Sequence record: DRR723986_4259
Length of the DNA stretch: 51,431 bases
Reading direction: 5' to 3' (one strand)
Of the stretch, positions 50,253 through 51,431 are shown one piece after another. Positions within the stretch are counted from its first letter, which is position 1. The number at the start of each line of letters is the position of its first letter. The notes below the pieces were generated by a model that made no database searches, was not told the DNA's origin, and was given only the letters and a program-made list of their open reading frames with translations. The position numbers and the translations under genes were made by a program.

Positions 50253-50588
50253 ATGAGCCACACCAACGACGAACAACTTCCCCTGTTAGACGAACTGCAA
50301 TCATTAAAAACCGTTCTCAGTGACACCGGCGACGACATCCCGGTGCTGAACGACATTATCCACACTCCCGATACCGAGCCCGCCGAGGCTTCAGATAGCG
50401 CGGAACAAACAGCCAGTAACAGCAGTGACTGGCTGGCCGGCGGTGACGACGACCACAGCAGGGAGATTTTTTTACAAGAATTGATCGACGATATGCTGCC
50501 CGACATAGAAGCGGAACTTCGCAGGCGTCTGCTTAAGCTCGACGGCGACGTACTCGAACGCTGGTATCAACAAAGCCGTCAGCGCTAA
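50253..50588 (+). CDS. Small acidic hypothetical protein, PopZ-like architecture
   Basis: AAGGGGG RBS; about a quarter D/E; N-terminal helix, low-complexity linker, C-terminal helix LQELIDDMLPDIE. Confidence 0.8.
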   Translation: MSHTNDEQLPLLDELQSLKTVLSDTGDDIPVLNDIIHTPDTEPAEASDSAEQTASNSSDWLAGGDDDHSREIFLQELIDDMLPDIEAELRRRLLKLDGDVLERWYQQSRQR

Positions 50589-50654
50589 GGCAGCGCGCCA
50601 GAGCACCGGCGCTCGCCCCCGGCGTAAAACCTCTCCAAACAATCCTCTCGCGCT

Positions 50655-50684
50655 TTGGCCCAGAGGACCAAAACTCAGTATACT
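50655..50684 (+). promoter_or_regulatory. Possible sigma70 promoter for valS
   Basis: TTGGCC-N18-TATACT. Confidence 0.4.
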
Positions 50685-50750
50685 TATCGCCTTTTTGCGT
50701 TAGCGCCTTCCCGCGCTCTGCGCCCAACAGTTATCGCCGAACGGAAACCC

Positions 50751-51431
50751 ATGGATAAAACATTTCAGCCTGCGGACATTGAAAGCAAGTGGTACCAGAC
50801 CTGGGAGGAAAAAGGGTATTTCTCCCCCGCCGGAGATGGCCCTGCCTACAGCATCATGATCCCACCTCCCAATGTCACCGGCAGCCTTCACATGGGGCAT
50901 GCGTTTCAAGACTCGATCATGGATGCGCTCACCCGCTATCAGCGCATGAAAGGCGCCAAGGCGCTGTGGCAAGTGGGAACCGATCACGCAGGTATTGCCA
51001 CCCAGATGGTCGTCGAGCGCAAACTCGCTGCGGAAAGTGGCCAGACCCGTCACGACCTGGGCCGCGACGCCTTCCTGGATAAGGTATGGGAATGGAAAGA
51101 GGAGTCTGGCGGCACAATTACTCGCCAGCTGCGTCGCCTCGGCGCCTCTGTCGACTGGCAAAACGAACGGTTTACCATGGATGAGGGCTTCTACAAGGCC
51201 GTTCAAGAGGTCTTCGTTCGCCTCTACGACGACAAATTAATCTACCGCGGTAAGCGCCTGGTCAACTGGGATCCCAAGCTCCACACCGCCATTTCCGACT
51301 TGGAAGTTGAAAACAAAGACGAGAATGGTCATCTCTGGCACTTCCGCTACCCACTAGCTGACGGCCAAACAACCGCCGATGGCAGCCGCTACCTTGTCGT
51401 TGCCACCACCCGTCCGGAAACCATGCTCGGC
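50751..51431 (+). CDS. valS: Valine--tRNA ligase (5' part; runs off the window)
   Basis: Not in the ORF track because it has no stop. Translation from ATG 50751 gives [24 protein letters not shown]...[46 protein letters not shown]. Confidence 0.97.
   Translation, partial: MDKTFQPADIESKWYQTWEEKGYFSPAGDGPAYSIMIPPPNVTGSLHMGHAFQDSIMDALTRYQRMKGAKALWQVGTDHAGIATQMVVERKLAAESGQTRHDLGRDAFLDKVWEWKEESGGTITRQLRRLGASVDWQNERFTMDEGFYKAVQEVFVRLYDDKLIYRGKRLVNWDPKLHTAISDLEVENKDENGHLWHFRYPLADGQTTADGSRYLVVATTRPETMLG

Noticed and set aside
50700-51240. Short ORFs listed at the right end
   Set aside because: Shadows of valS, which is missing from the track only because it lacks a stop codon in the window

Overview
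Chromosomal segment of a GC-rich, probably marine gammaproteobacterium. Gene content suggests Cellvibrionales/Spongiibacteraceae, but that placement is an inference. About 45 CDS are present; I saw no rRNA, tRNA, CRISPR array, integrase or IS. Main blocks, left to right: (1) TonB receptor, KSI-like protein and a small Zn-ribbon protein; (2) a Fur-box-preceded iron cassette (imelysin, di-heme oxidoreductase, imelysin lipoprotein, DUF1513, multicopper oxidase) followed by a diguanylate cyclase; (3) a wax-ester/TAG synthase with a PAKKA/histone-H1-like tail; (4) cbiB-cobD-tfoX-bolA-trhO; (5) a complete E. coli-type phosphoethanolamine-cellulose locus (bcsRQABZC divergent from bcsEFG) with a GT4 gene 20 bp after bcsC; (6) AraC, thiolase and fatty-acid oxidation multifunctional enzyme; (7) an OmpR-family two-component pair; (8) the core lptG-lptF/pepA-holC-orf-valS block. 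The strongest lead is the 111-aa acidic ORF between holC and valS. It shows the N-helix / acidic linker / C-helix layout, motif similarity and valS synteny of alphaproteobacterial PopZ, a condensate-forming polar organiser. Reference sequences were compared from memory and need HMM confirmation. Many start codons were adjusted from the ORF track using RBS and stop/start overlaps.
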